Positions 18,195 through 25,960 of a stretch of DNA of 64,000 nt are shown one piece after another (positions within the stretch are counted from its first letter, which is position 1; every line of letters starts with the position of its first letter). A model generated the notes under the pieces. That model worked only from the letters and a program-made list of their open reading frames with translations. It was not told the DNA's origin and searched no databases. The position numbers and the translations under genes were made by a program. Origin of the DNA: a virus (lineage: Duplodnaviria; Caudoviricetes); IMG/VR virus record IMGVR_UViG_3300020576_004709, positions 1 through 64,000 of that record; one strand, given 5' to 3'.

Positions 18195-18268
18195 CGGGGC
18201 GTAGTTCTAATTGGCAGAACGCGAGATTTGGGATCTTGAGGTTGCCGGTTCGAATCCGGCCGCCCCGA
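18195..18268 (+). tRNA. tRNA-Pro(TGG)
   Basis: Cloverleaf: CGGGGCG/CGCCCCG acceptor, GTTC/GAAC D stem, CGAGA-TTTGGGA-TCTTG anticodon arm, GCCGG-TTCGAAT-CCGGC T arm, A73; CCA not encoded. Confidence 0.93.
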
Positions 18269-18270
18269 CT

Positions 18271-18347
18271 CTACCGGAGTCCGATATTGGTTTCGCGGAA
18301 CGCGACTGTGAATCGCGGCCTTGCGGGTTCGATTCCCGTCCGGTAGC
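18271..18347 (+). tRNA. tRNA-His(GTG), atypical
   Basis: CTACCGG/CCGGTAG acceptor, CGCGA-CTGTGAA-TCGCG anticodon arm, GCGGG-TTCGATT-CCCGT T arm, C73; A8 instead of U8, 12-nt D loop, no encoded G-1 or CCA. Confidence 0.8.
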
Positions 18348-18380
18348 CTCCGGCAATGACGCCGGGAAGGAGTTCAGCGA

Positions 18381-18746
18381 ATGAAACGATTTCTCTTGGC
18401 GGCCGCAATCGTGGCCCTCGCCGCGATCGACACCCAGGCCCGCGACCGCCGCCGGCCGATCTTGCGGACGGTCCAGGCGACGGCAACTGCGACCCGCGGC
18501 GCGGTGTCGATCGTGGCCGGCAGCTTCGGGGCGATGGCGAAGAGCCTCCAACAGGCTAGCCAGGGCCGCATGGCCCACGTCGGCGTTCTCCAAGCCGGCA
18601 CCTACGAGGGTGTCGGCTTCTCGTCGTCCTCGCCCGAACAGGCGCTCGCCGCGTGCTGCTACTCGAACAGCGGCCTACGGGTTATCGACCAGGCCGTCGT
18701 GCCCGGACCCGGCGGATGGTACGCGACGAAGATCTATTCCCGCTGA
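18381..18746 (+). CDS. secreted protein with CAP/SCP-like C-terminal motif
   Basis: Signal peptide MKRFLLAAAIVALAAIDTQA; MAH.G....YEGVGFS..S...A...CCY...V..GPGGWYAT. Confidence 0.7.
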   Translation: MKRFLLAAAIVALAAIDTQARDRRRPILRTVQATATATRGAVSIVAGSFGAMAKSLQQASQGRMAHVGVLQAGTYEGVGFSSSSPEQALAACCYSNSGLRVIDQAVVPGPGGWYATKIYSR

Positions 18747-18784
18747 CGCGACGCGCGGCCTATACGGATTCGAAAGATTTACGG

Positions 18785-18813
18785 TTGACATATCCGCAGG
18801 CCGGCGTTAGAAA
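18785..18813 (+). promoter_or_regulatory. sigma70-type promoter for the Y RNA/Ro60 operon
   Basis: TTGACA-17 nt-TAGAAA; predicted start about 18819-18820 coincides with the 5' end of the first Y RNA. Confidence 0.8.
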
Positions 18814-18819
18814 GGTGTG

Positions 18820-18877
18820 GCGGGCCGAATGGCGACGGTTACCTTTGTAAATCTCCGTCGTCAACAACCTTGTCCGC
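18820..18877 (+). ncRNA. Y RNA 1 (canonical Y-like fold)
   Basis: Terminal helix GCGGGC[C]GA/TTGTCCGC with bulged C (Ro60-binding geometry), inner 9-bp stem TGGCGACGG/CCGTCGTCA, AT-rich loop. Confidence 0.75.
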
Positions 18878-18890
18878 AAATTTGAAATCT

Positions 18891-18982
18891 CGGGGAAGGG
18901 GCGAATGGTCGCCGCGATTGTCCGAACTTGCCTCACCGGGCCGATGGACGTCGCAATCGAGTTCGATTCTTGAATTCCCCGC
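18891..18982 (+). ncRNA. yrlA: YrlA-like tRNA-mimic Y RNA
   Basis: Acceptor CGGGGAA/TTCCCCG, D arm GGCG-AATGGT-CGCC, T arm TCGAG-TTCGATT-CTTGA; the anticodon arm is replaced by a long stem ending in TTGCCT-CACC-GGGC[C]GA (permuted bulged-C helix). Confidence 0.82.
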
Positions 18983-18983
18983 T

Positions 18984-19047
18984 TGGTTGGCCGAATGGTT
19001 AGGGTTCTCAGCCAAAAGAACGCCCTAGCCAAAAAACTTGCCAGCCA
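18984..19047 (+). ncRNA. Y RNA 3 (canonical Y-like fold)
   Basis: Terminal helix TGGTTGGC[C]GA/TTGCCAGCCA with bulged C, inner 9-bp stem TGGTTAGGG/CCCTAGCCA. Confidence 0.78.
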
Positions 19048-19054
19048 TTTTTCG

Positions 19055-19093
19055 GCCCGGTCGATCTCCTTGGAGGTCGGCCGGGCTTTTTTT
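19055..19093 (+). terminator. intrinsic terminator between the Y RNAs and Ro60
   Basis: GCCCGGTCGATCTCC-TT-GGAGGTCGGCCGGGC-TTTTTTT. Confidence 0.85.
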
Positions 19094-19117
19094 GTGCCCG
19101 TCACAGAGGGAACGTAC

Positions 19118-20713
19118 ATGCGAATCGCCGAACACGTCTCGCCGAAGGCCACCCCGCAGACGGAGCCGATCCCGCACAAGCCGATGGTCCAGAACTCGGC
19201 CGGCGGCTACTCGTTCGCCGTGGACGATTGGGCGCGGCTCGATCGCTTCCTCGTCCTCGGCAGCGACGGGGGCACCTACTACGCGACCGAGCGGGCCTTG
19301 ACCGTCGAGAACGCGAAGTCCGTCGTCGCGTGCGCCAAGGCCGACGCCGCCGAAGCGGTTCGCAGGATCGTCGCCGTCTCGGATGCCGGCCGCGCCCCGA
19401 AGAACGACTACGCGGTATTCGCGCTCGCCCTCGTCGCGGCCCACGCGGACGGGCCGGGGAAGTCCGCGGCATACTCGGCCGTGCCGAAGGTCTGCCGCAT
19501 CGGGACGCACCTGTTCCAGTTCGCGTCGGCCTCGAACGCGCTTCGCGGTTGGGGCAAGGGCCTCCGCGCGGCCATCGGGAACTGGTACGCATCGCAGGAG
19601 CCGAAGAACTTCGCTTTCCAGGCGATGAAGTACCAGCAGCGGGACGGGTGGAGCCACCGCGACTTGCTCCGGCTATCGCACCAGAAGTTCGAGAACGCGG
19701 ATTCGAACGCCGTCGCGCGCTGGGCGGTGAAGGGGTGGGAATCCGTCGGCGAGCAGCCGCACGAGAACCCTAACCTCGCGCCAATTTGGGCCTTCGAGCG
19801 GGCGAAGCTAACCGAATCGGTCCCGGAAATCGTGAAGCTCATTTCCGAATACCGGTTGCCGCGCGAGTGCGTCCCGACGAAGTTCCTGACCGAGCCGGCG
19901 GTGTGGGAAGCGCTCCTCGATCACATGAACATGACGGCGCTCATCCGCAACTTGGCCACGATGACGAAAGTCGGACTGGTCAAGCCCATGTCGAACGCGC
20001 TCGTCCAGGTCGTCGGGAAACTCGGCGACATCGACGGAATCAAGAAGGCCCGCGTCCACCCGCTCGCGCTGTTGGTCGCCCTCGTGACCTACGCCTCGGG
20101 CCGCAGCGTCCGGGGCAGCGCCGAATGGAAGCCGGTCCAGCAGGTTTCGGACGCGCTCGACCGCGCGTTCTACCGCTCCTTCGAGGCCGTGGAGCCGACC
20201 GGCAAGCGGTTCCTGCTCGGGGTGGACGTCTCCGGCTCGATGGGAAGCAACGAAATCGCTGGCATGGCCGGGATGACGCCGAGGGTCGCCGCCGCCGCGA
20301 TGGCGCTCGTGACGGCCTCCACCGAGAAGCTGTATCACGTCATGGGCTTCTCGAACCAGTTCGTCCCGCTAAACGTCAGCCCGCAGATGCGCATGGACAC
20401 GGTCGTGCAGAACATCAGCGGACTCCCGTTCCAGGCGACCGATTGCGGCCTGCCGATGGTCTACGCGATGCAGAACAAGATCCCGGTCGATACCTTCATC
20501 GTTTACACCGACAACGAGACCTACGCCGGTCCGATTCACCCGAAGCAGGCGATCGACCGCTACCGCCAGGCGACCGGCATTCCGGCGAAGCTCGTCGTCG
20601 TGGGCATGGCCTCGAACGGCTTCACGATCGCAGACCCGTCGGACGCCGGTATGATGGACGTCGTCGGCTTCGACACCGCAGCGCCGGCTGTCATCGCCGA
20701 CTTCTCCTGCTGA
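19118..20713 (+). CDS. rsr: Ro60/TROVE-domain RNA-binding protein (Rsr homolog)
   Basis: NSAGGYSF.VDDW.RL.RFL.LGS.GGTYY, GWG..LR.AI..WY, KYQQRDGWSHRDLLRLSH, LPRE.VP, M.ALIRNL, ARVHP, VWA part LLGVDVSGSM...FIVYTDNETY...TIADP.D.GM.D..GFD; AGAGGGA upstream. Confidence 0.97.
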   Translation: MRIAEHVSPKATPQTEPIPHKPMVQNSAGGYSFAVDDWARLDRFLVLGSDGGTYYATERALTVENAKSVVACAKADAAEAVRRIVAVSDAGRAPKNDYAVFALALVAAHADGPGKSAAYSAVPKVCRIGTHLFQFASASNALRGWGKGLRAAIGNWYASQEPKNFAFQAMKYQQRDGWSHRDLLRLSHQKFENADSNAVARWAVKGWESVGEQPHENPNLAPIWAFERAKLTESVPEIVKLISEYRLPRECVPTKFLTEPAVWEALLDHMNMTALIRNLATMTKVGLVKPMSNALVQVVGKLGDIDGIKKARVHPLALLVALVTYASGRSVRGSAEWKPVQQVSDALDRAFYRSFEAVEPTGKRFLLGVDVSGSMGSNEIAGMAGMTPRVAAAAMALVTASTEKLYHVMGFSNQFVPLNVSPQMRMDTVVQNISGLPFQATDCGLPMVYAMQNKIPVDTFIVYTDNETYAGPIHPKQAIDRYRQATGIPAKLVVVGMASNGFTIADPSDAGMMDVVGFDTAAPAVIADFSC

Positions 20714-20717
20714 AAAA

Positions 20718-20753
20718 GCTGCCCGTCGACTATTGGATAAGTCGCCGGGCGGC
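20718..20753 (+). other. strong stem-loop after Ro60 (mRNA stabiliser or terminator)
   Basis: GCTGCCCG-T-CGACT-ATTGGATA-AGTCG-C-CGGGCGGC. Confidence 0.55.
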
Positions 20754-20772
20754 CTTCTCAAAGGAATCCATC

Positions 20773-21249
20773 ATGGAAATTCGATACGGCGATCAGGTTA
20801 TTCCCAAGCGGGCATTTGTCGAGTTCCTGAGCGATTCTGGCCGTGAAGCGTCCTATTTCACGGACGGCACGAACTGGAACACGGAGCCGGGCGACATCGT
20901 CGGCAACCTGCTCGCGCTCCGGGAGAAGTGGAAATCGCAAACCGGTCGACCGTCCATGCCGAAGGCGGATGCCGAGTCCCTCGTCGAGAGGATCGAAGGC
21001 ATGATCGCCGCCGGAAAGGTCGATCGTCAGCAGGCCGAGGAAGCCATCGCCGCCATCCGCCGGGACGCCGGCCTTCTCCCTCTGCCCATCGTCGTTTCAG
21101 AGGCCGAGAAGATGGCCATGATCCGCGACGGCGTCTTGCAAGAGTTTTTCGGCCAGACGAGCCGCTTGCACTGCTTGCCGCTGGTTGTTCTCAATTCTCC
21201 GGTCGATCAGTCCGAAGCTATTCCAGTTGTGGTTGATCGAAAGAAGTAA
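20773..21249 (+). CDS. hypothetical protein (158 aa) in the Ro60 operon
   Basis: AAGGA upstream of ATG; MEIRYGDQVIPKRAF... Confidence 0.7.
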   Translation: MEIRYGDQVIPKRAFVEFLSDSGREASYFTDGTNWNTEPGDIVGNLLALREKWKSQTGRPSMPKADAESLVERIEGMIAAGKVDRQQAEEAIAAIRRDAGLLPLPIVVSEAEKMAMIRDGVLQEFFGQTSRLHCLPLVVLNSPVDQSEAIPVVVDRKK

Positions 21250-21254
21250 TCGCA

Positions 21255-21590
21255 ATGGTCGAAATCCTCGACGGACCGGCCGAAGGCGAATCCCTGAGCC
21301 TCCGGCGGTCCCCGCTCTTCCTCCGCGTCGTTCGGTCCCGAACCGGCCATTGGGACGGGCTCGACCAACTCGACGACCAGCCGAAGGCCACGGAGACGAT
21401 CTTCGTCTACCTGCGGCACACCCAGGACACGCCGATTCACTTCAAGATGCAGCGACGGAGTGAGAGCGGATGGTACGCCCGGGCTACTTACAAGCTGTTT
21501 TCGGTTCAACCGGCCGACTGCGACGCACGGGACAAATTTCGATGGCAGGAGTGGTGCGTCGAACAGGCGAAGAAAAACCCCGGCCAGTGA
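21255..21590 (+). CDS. hypothetical protein (111 aa) in the Ro60 operon
   Basis: MVEILDGPAEG...P.FLRVV...WD.LDQLDD.P...E....Y. Confidence 0.7.
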   Translation: MVEILDGPAEGESLSLRRSPLFLRVVRSRTGHWDGLDQLDDQPKATETIFVYLRHTQDTPIHFKMQRRSESGWYARATYKLFSVQPADCDARDKFRWQEWCVEQAKKNPGQ

Positions 21591-21607
21591 TGGCCGGGTT
21601 TCTCTTT
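21573..21607. terminator. probable bidirectional terminator
   Basis: AAAAACCCCGGCCA-GTGA-TGGCCGGGTTTCTCTTT between convergent units. Confidence 0.65.
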
Positions 21608-21622
21608 GGCACTTCGCCGGCT

Positions 21623-22153
21623 TCACGGCGTCGGCTTGCGGCGATCGCGGATGAACTTCGCGAGGTTGATGAACAGCGTGATGATCGCCACTGCTTCCGG
21701 GATGAACTCGACCGGCTGGCTCGGCGCGGCCGCTCGCGGCGCGATGGCCTGTTCGAAGCTCACCACGGCGTCATTGCAGGCCGCGAGCGGATCCCCCGTT
21801 GAGCTGAACAGCATCACCGGCACGCGGATCGACGGGTTCGACGGCTGGACGCTCGGATCGGCCGCGACCGGGAAGAAGGCTGCTATCAGTTTCAGGACGT
21901 CGCCGGCCTCGCCGAGGATGCGGCCCCAATTCCCGGACTGGAACGCCAGGTAGAGTTCGAAGAACTGCATCAAGTCGATCTTGATGCCGGTCTGCTGAAC
22001 GATCCATTTCAAGACCGTTTCGAGGGCCGTCGCGTCGCCGGCAGCGAGCGCGTCCTTGATCTCCTGCAACTTCGCCAAGATCGCGGCTTTGACCTTGCCG
22101 AGGATCAGGTCTTGAATGAACCCGCCGACGACGGGTTGAACGGAATTCGACAT
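21623..22153 (-). CDS. hypothetical membrane-associated protein (lysis region)
   Basis: Amphipathic helices; hydrophobic C-terminal FIPEAVAIITLFINLAKFI followed by a basic tail. Confidence 0.65.
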   Translation of the reverse strand: MSNSVQPVVGGFIQDLILGKVKAAILAKLQEIKDALAAGDATALETVLKWIVQQTGIKIDLMQFFELYLAFQSGNWGRILGEAGDVLKLIAAFFPVAADPSVQPSNPSIRVPVMLFSSTGDPLAACNDAVVSFEQAIAPRAAAPSQPVEFIPEAVAIITLFINLAKFIRDRRKPTP

Positions 22154-22161
22154 GGAGACTC

Positions 22162-22506
22162 CTAAAGGGGTTTGGAGATTCGGATGTCGGCCGACGATGC
22201 GGCCGGCGCTGCTTGAACGATTTCCTTCGCCGCCTGCGTCACTTCCGCGGCGGCCTGCTTCACTTCGGTTACGGCCTGCTTCACTTCGACGGCCTTTGTC
22301 GCGGTCTCGACCGCGTCGACGCGGAAGGTTTCGAGCGCGACGTCCTGCTTGTCGAGACGCTCGACGATGACGGCCTTGTTCGCGTTGCTCGTGCGACGCT
22401 GCCAAACTTGAAGGACGCCGATGACGACCACGCCGACGGCGGCGACGAACTTCGAAGCCTCTTCGAGGAACCGGACCGCGCCGTTCCAGAATTCGCCCCA
22501 ATCCAT
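22162..22506 (-). CDS. single-TM holin/antiholin-like protein
   Basis: FVAAVGVVVIGVLQVW followed by a coiled coil; GGAGG upstream. Confidence 0.55.
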   Translation of the reverse strand: MDWGEFWNGAVRFLEEASKFVAAVGVVVIGVLQVWQRRTSNANKAVIVERLDKQDVALETFRVDAVETATKAVEVKQAVTEVKQAAAEVTQAAKEIVQAAPAASSADIRISKPL

Positions 22507-22509
22507 GAT

Positions 22510-23130
22510 TTACCTCCACCATCGCTTCGAGGTTGCCGGAGCCGCGTTCGGACACTTGCCGTCCGGACACGATTGAGCCGACGGGAAAAACGATTGGAGC
22601 GGAATGAAGCTCGGTTCCTTCGCCGGCGGTGCTTTCACCGTCTGGCCGGCCTCGGCGATCCGTGTCCACGGGTAGGCGAGGCCGGCGTGAGGCGCCGCCT
22701 TGCCGAGGTTGTCGTTTCCGTGGATGAGCGTCGTGCCGTCCGGGTACCGGTGGGCGTGGTGGCCGGCCGGAACCACGGCGGTTCCCGAGTTGGTCGCCGA
22801 CTTCACCGGCTGTTCCGGCGTTATTTTCGATCCGCCGGAGTTATCGAGCGGGATGTACGAGGGTTCCCCGGTCGCGTCCGGGAAACACCAGAAAACCCCC
22901 GACTTGTGGCCGTCGAACAATTCCAGGCGAACCGCGTCCTTCGCGTCCTTCGGGGCGTCGTGGCCGACATAGATCCTGACGGACTTGCCCGACTTCACCG
23001 CTTGCAAGACGTCCGCGTAGTCCGTCTTCAACAGAGGAGCCTGCGGCAGTTGAACGGAATTCGCCTCTCGCAGGGGCGGTGCCTGCGGAGGCGTCGAGGA
23101 GACCAAGGCCAACATTAGCAGCGTCGTCAT
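22510..23130 (-). CDS. secreted hypothetical protein
   Basis: MTTLLMLALVSS-Pro-rich; C-terminal QSCPDGKCP motif typical of planctomycete secreted proteins. Confidence 0.65.
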   Translation of the reverse strand: MTTLLMLALVSSTPPQAPPLREANSVQLPQAPLLKTDYADVLQAVKSGKSVRIYVGHDAPKDAKDAVRLELFDGHKSGVFWCFPDATGEPSYIPLDNSGGSKITPEQPVKSATNSGTAVVPAGHHAHRYPDGTTLIHGNDNLGKAAPHAGLAYPWTRIAEAGQTVKAPPAKEPSFIPLQSFFPSAQSCPDGKCPNAAPATSKRWWR

Positions 23131-23203
23131 GGTCCAACTCCAATGAAGGTCTATGTAGCGGATATACCTTCGACGTAAGTCGAGCACTTCGAGCCAGTTT
23201 ACG

Positions 23204-24079
23204 TCAAGCGGCCATGCTGTTGACGACCGACACCGAGCCGTCCGACTTGAAGTATTTGCCGCGCAGGACAACGAGGCCGCGACGGCCCCATCCCCTCCAC
23301 GAGTTCAAGTCGAGCCAGCCATACGAACCCTTCTCGATCCGAACGAGGCGAAGGCCGCAGGTGGAGTGCGACCAGATGTTCCGGTCCGTGGGCACCGGGC
23401 AGTTATTGAACATACAGGTCCACCGCTGCGAGTCCTTGAGCTGTTGCGAGTAGGCCGGCTTGCCGAGGTCGTACCAGTCGTCCGTGACGATGTACTTGGC
23501 CATCGAAGCCTTAACGTCCGGGTCGTTGAAGAGCGAGTTCTTTCGCGAATGCACCGGCCATTGCCCCTCGCCGTTGCCCTCCTCCGCACAACCGATTTCG
23601 CGATACTTCGCCAGCGACAGGCCGCACCATCCGCCTTCGTCGCGACCGCCCTTGATGATCGACGCCACCGAGTGCGGATTCAAACGGACGAAGGGCAGGT
23701 GCAGCGCGAGGCGGCGCATCATCAGCGCGGAACCGGTGCTGTAGCTCCAACAGTAGCCGTGGCCGTTTTGGTCCAGGCACGGCCCGGTCCACTCGCGCAG
23801 GTACAAGTGCTCCAAGCTCGACTCGGTCCGCTCCTGCTCGTCATAGAGCGCGTCCAACTCGGATTCCGAGTAGACCTTCATTCCCGACGGCGCGGCCATC
23901 ATGTCGGGAACGTATTGGTCGGTTTCGTGCCCCATCCGCACGGGGGTAATTTCTCCGTCGAGGAACAAGTCGTCGATCTTGACGTGCTCGTCGAGGATCG
24001 GGATGCCGTCGATGGCTCCGGCGTACTGGCCGCGCAGCATCGTTGTTGCCGTGCTGCGGTAGATTTCGGGCTTTGCCAC
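23204..24079 (-). CDS. papain-like (C1 family) cysteine protease
   Basis: DQNGHGYCWSYS (Gln/Cys), WSHSTC (His), LNSWRGWG..G (Asn); GTG start after GGAGGT. Confidence 0.85.
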   Translation of the reverse strand: MAKPEIYRSTATTMLRGQYAGAIDGIPILDEHVKIDDLFLDGEITPVRMGHETDQYVPDMMAAPSGMKVYSESELDALYDEQERTESSLEHLYLREWTGPCLDQNGHGYCWSYSTGSALMMRRLALHLPFVRLNPHSVASIIKGGRDEGGWCGLSLAKYREIGCAEEGNGEGQWPVHSRKNSLFNDPDVKASMAKYIVTDDWYDLGKPAYSQQLKDSQRWTCMFNNCPVPTDRNIWSHSTCGLRLVRIEKGSYGWLDLNSWRGWGRRGLVVLRGKYFKSDGSVSVVNSMAA

Positions 24080-24080
24080 G

Positions 24081-24947
24081 TCAATTACCTCCCAGGTGCT
24101 TTTTGATGAGGGAAACCGCTTCCGTCTCGTTCGCTGGAAGCGGACCGCTGTATCCGGTCGTGCCGTTGCCGAGCATGATCCAGTCCGAACCGCCCTTCTT
24201 CGCGAACGCATTCTTGAACACTGGTCGGGCGAGCGAAACGTCGGAGTTGGCCGGGTAGATTCGCCACTCCTTCATCACCTTGCCGGATCCGTCCTTCTCG
24301 TTTGCCGGGCCTTCCACGCACCGCTCGTTCAAGAGGTCGCGGACAGCCTTGCCGAACAGGATCGAATTTTGGGCGATCGGCCGGGTCGTGTTAGCGGTGT
24401 CGTAAATGATGAGGCAGCGGTTGCCGGCTTCGGCGAATGGGCTTGTCCCGTCTGGCTTGACGTCGGGGCCGTCCGGTTTCGGCTTTGGGCCAGGCGGCGG
24501 TGCCGGCCCGTTCACTTCGACCATGTACCGCTGGATCTTCGAAGCCTCCATCACGCCCTTCGGCACGATGGCCAACTCGGTATCGCCCTTTGCTCCATCG
24601 ACCGCTTCGATCTGGTAGACGAACTTACCCTTGAAAACCCGTGGCTCGATGCCGTTCGAATCGACGAATTCGGCCTTAATCTTGATCGGCCCCTCTTCGA
24701 CGGTGTACTTGAGCATTCCCGGCGGAAAGGACAGCGGAAAGACTTCGACATCCGAGTCGATGATGAAATACTGCTTGCCGTTCAGTTTGTACTTCGAACC
24801 GGCTTCGAACGAGGGCGTGACAATGACCTTCGCCGGTTCGAGCTTCGGCAGGCGGATCGTCGGTGGTGTAACCGGAACGGGATTCGTGATTGGGTCGGCG
24901 GCAAACGACTGGACCGACAGGAAGAGCGCGAGAAGCAGGGTTCGCAT
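24081..24947 (-). CDS. secreted protein with Pro-rich linker and thioredoxin-like C-terminus
   Basis: Signal peptide MRTLLLALFLSVQSFAA; GPAPPPGPKPKPD linker; CLIIYDT... Confidence 0.7.
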   Translation of the reverse strand: MRTLLLALFLSVQSFAADPITNPVPVTPPTIRLPKLEPAKVIVTPSFEAGSKYKLNGKQYFIIDSDVEVFPLSFPPGMLKYTVEEGPIKIKAEFVDSNGIEPRVFKGKFVYQIEAVDGAKGDTELAIVPKGVMEASKIQRYMVEVNGPAPPPGPKPKPDGPDVKPDGTSPFAEAGNRCLIIYDTANTTRPIAQNSILFGKAVRDLLNERCVEGPANEKDGSGKVMKEWRIYPANSDVSLARPVFKNAFAKKGGSDWIMLGNGTTGYSGPLPANETEAVSLIKKHLGGN

Positions 24948-24966
24948 GGGTGGCTCGTTGGGGTAA

Positions 24967-25013
24967 AAAGTGGGCGGTGGGATATTCGCTTTCTAATACC
25001 CCACCGCCACTTT
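24967..25013 (-). terminator. long hairpin / terminator upstream of the protease cassette
   Basis: Minus strand AAAGTGGCGGTGGGGTATT-8 nt-AATATCCCACCGCCCACTTTT followed by T. Confidence 0.6.
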
Positions 25014-25035
25014 GTAAATGATCCACCGCGTTTTG

Positions 25036-25332
25036 TCAAACCTTCACGGAGGCCGCCGCCATGCCCTCCTTGAAGATCTCGGCCCCGAGCCGGACGAGTT
25101 CGGCCGCGCTCGAGCCGCCCGGCCCGCAGCCGCACGGAACCCGAACCGCCGCGCCGAGGATCGCGCTCCGTCCCTCGATCGACGCGAACCCGCCGAGTTC
25201 CGAGGCGTCGATCCAGTCCGGGGTGCCGTAGCCTTCCCCGCTCGGATCGCAGACAACTCCGTAGAGTAGCGTTTTGCCCGGCACGCACGCGCCGGCCGGC
25301 GGATTAATCACATTGGCGGGAACCGGTACCAT
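25036..25332 (-). CDS. hypothetical protein (98 aa)
   Basis: GGAG upstream; divergent from 25345..25740. Confidence 0.45.
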   Translation of the reverse strand: MVPVPANVINPPAGACVPGKTLLYGVVCDPSGEGYGTPDWIDASELGGFASIEGRSAILGAAVRVPCGCGPGGSSAAELVRLGAEIFKEGMAAASVKV

Positions 25333-25344
25333 CGTGGGGTCTCC

Positions 25345-25740
25345 ATGAACAGGAAATGGACCTTCGGAACGGGGATCATTCTAGCCGCGATTGCGGCCTC
25401 CGCGCTGTTCGGCTTCCGGGCCAGGCCCCCGGCCGCCCCGCCATCCACGTTCAGCGTCATCGACGTGCCCCGCATGGCCTACCGGGGCGAGCTGATCGGC
25501 CGGCGAATCCGGGTCGTGCTCCGCTTCCCCCTGCACTTCTCGGACGACCGATCGACCGCAACCTATTCGCCATCGGTGAACGGCACGGCCTCGAAGACGG
25601 TCGAATTTCACTTTCGCAACGCGGTGAACTATTCCCCCGACGTCGTCGAGGGAACGGTCCAGGAACTCCGGCTCGACGCGATCGACCGAATCAACCGCGT
25701 CCCCGGCATCGCCGTCATGGTCGATTGCGTTCCCGACTGA
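25345..25740 (+). CDS. membrane-anchored hypothetical protein on the opposite strand (moron-like)
   Basis: MNRKWTFGTGIILAAIAASALFGF N-terminal TM followed by a beta-rich domain. Confidence 0.65.
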   Translation: MNRKWTFGTGIILAAIAASALFGFRARPPAAPPSTFSVIDVPRMAYRGELIGRRIRVVLRFPLHFSDDRSTATYSPSVNGTASKTVEFHFRNAVNYSPDVVEGTVQELRLDAIDRINRVPGIAVMVDCVPD

Positions 25741-25960
25741 GTTCGAGCCGCAGTTCCCGAATCTCGGCGGTCGCCGCGGCGAGCTTGAGGTTCAGTTCCT
25801 CTTGATGGCCGATCATCTGCTCGTGCTTCTGGTTGCTCTGCTGGCGGTTCACGCACCCGCCGAAGATCGAGGCGACGAGCGTGATGGTCGTCAAAAACAG
25901 ATAGGCCCGCCATTGCGGCGGGCCTTGTTCGTTGGTCGGGGGCGCTTCCGTCATGGTCAA
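25715..25960 (-). CDS. TM/lipoprotein coiled-coil protein (spanin-like)
   Basis: YLFLTTITLVASIFGGC followed by a coiled coil. Confidence 0.55.
   Translation of the reverse strand: MTMTEAPPTNEQGPPQWRAYLFLTTITLVASIFGGCVNRQQSNQKHEQMIGHQEELNLKLAAATAEIRELRLELSRERNRP

Noticed and set aside
18195-18347. tRNAs as an att-site remnant marking a prophage boundary
   Set aside because: Phage genes lie on both sides, no integrase is present and no duplicated tRNA 3' end was seen in the window
18891-18982. Calling this a third ordinary tRNA (long-arm Leu/Ser/Sec type)
   Set aside because: There is no 7-nt anticodon loop; the arm after the D stem is one long stem ending in the bulged-C helix shared with the flanking RNAs
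18983-19117. Extended N-terminus of Ro60 given by the ORF track (start 18983)
   Set aside because: This stretch holds Y RNA 3 and a terminator; the ATG at 19118 has an RBS and matches where TROVE proteins begin
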